Source: a virus
Taxonomy: Duplodnaviria; Heunggongvirae; Uroviricota; Caudoviricetes
Length of the DNA stretch: 16,021 nucleotides
IMG/VR virus record: IMGVR_UViG_2713896902_000004
Reading direction: 5' to 3' (one strand)
Below are positions 15,674 to 16,021 of this stretch, piece after piece (the first letter of the stretch is position 1; every line of letters starts with the position of its first letter). Made by a program: the position numbers and the translations under genes. Below the pieces are notes generated by a model. It searched no databases. It was not told where the DNA came from and saw only the letters and a program-made list of their open reading frames with translations.

Positions 15674-16021
15674 ATGATACAAAAAGCAAAAGAGATGACC
15701 CGGACACCGGAGATCATTAACGATTTGGCGTTTCATGCTTCGCAAGTTCTGATTGAGAGCATCAATCTGGATAGCTCATCTGCGGAAAATGTTGGCTATG
15801 CCATTGCCGATCGCATGATGCGAAACTGGGGCGGACAAAGCATTTATTTTCCAAAAGGAATCGCCAGGCGAGCCTCGGAGCGGGACTATCAAATCTATAG
15901 CGAGTGCGATGGGCGCAACTACGCCGAATTAGCGAAGAAATATAATCTGACGCTGCAATGGATTTATAAGATAGTAAAACGCGTGCATACAGAAAAGCAG
16001 CAACAGCACCGTATGCAGTAG
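15674..16021 (+). CDS. Mor/C-family transcriptional activator (Mu middle-operon-regulator-like)
   Basis: 115 aa; …NWGGQSIYFPKGIARRASERDYQIYSECDGRNYAELAKKYNLTLQWIYKIVKRV… parallels the Mor C-terminal region (GGQ.Y.P.G…RD..I…GRN..EL…Y..T….YK..R) including the HTH; GGAG 7 nt upstream of the ATG; divergent from the lysis/tail block. Confidence 0.65.
   Translation: MIQKAKEMTRTPEIINDLAFHASQVLIESINLDSSSAENVGYAIADRMMRNWGGQSIYFPKGIARRASERDYQIYSECDGRNYAELAKKYNLTLQWIYKIVKRVHTEKQQQHRMQ

Noticed and set aside
1-16021. Looked for CRISPR arrays, tRNA/tmRNA genes, integrase, invertase (Gin/Pin-type fibre switching), transposase, reverse transcriptase (DGR) and toxin-antitoxin pairs
   Set aside because: No short regularly spaced direct repeats, no tRNA-like cloverleaf segment, and no ORF with recombinase or RT character was seen. 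The only large repeat array is the in-frame fibre repeat. Absence within this window does not exclude such genes just outside it.

Overview
The window is almost entirely one minus-strand block (about 1.07-15.1 kb) encoding a complete contractile (myovirus-type) phage tail plus a lysis cassette, with no capsid, portal or terminase genes anywhere in it. Reading in the direction of transcription (high to low coordinates): holin-like membrane protein, signal-peptide lytic transglycosylase, membrane-anchored coiled-coil protein, intrinsic terminator, two small tail-completion-like proteins, sheath, tube, gpE-like chaperone (with a candidate frameshift extension), tape measure, gpU-like, gpX (LysM-like), gpD hub, gpV spike, hairpin terminator, gpW, gpJ, gpI, a repeat-rich tail fibre and a lambda-Tfa-like fibre assembly protein. 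The gene order is Mu-like while the protein families are P2/Mu-type; most junctions overlap by a few nucleotides (ATGA/TGATG-type), which supports the calls. The distal end of the fibre gene, the Tfa gene and the following 0.65 kb are visibly AT-rich and carry a truncated group-1 glycosyltransferase remnant. Upstream of the cluster, a 555-bp AT-rich intergenic region holds a near-consensus LexA (SOS) box and separates it from a divergent Mor/C-family activator gene on the plus strand. The main hypothesis is an SOS-inducible, headless phage-tail-like particle (tailocin-like) locus; a defective Mu/P2-like prophage remnant is the alternative. All family assignments come from reading the translated ORFs against remembered motifs; no database search was run.
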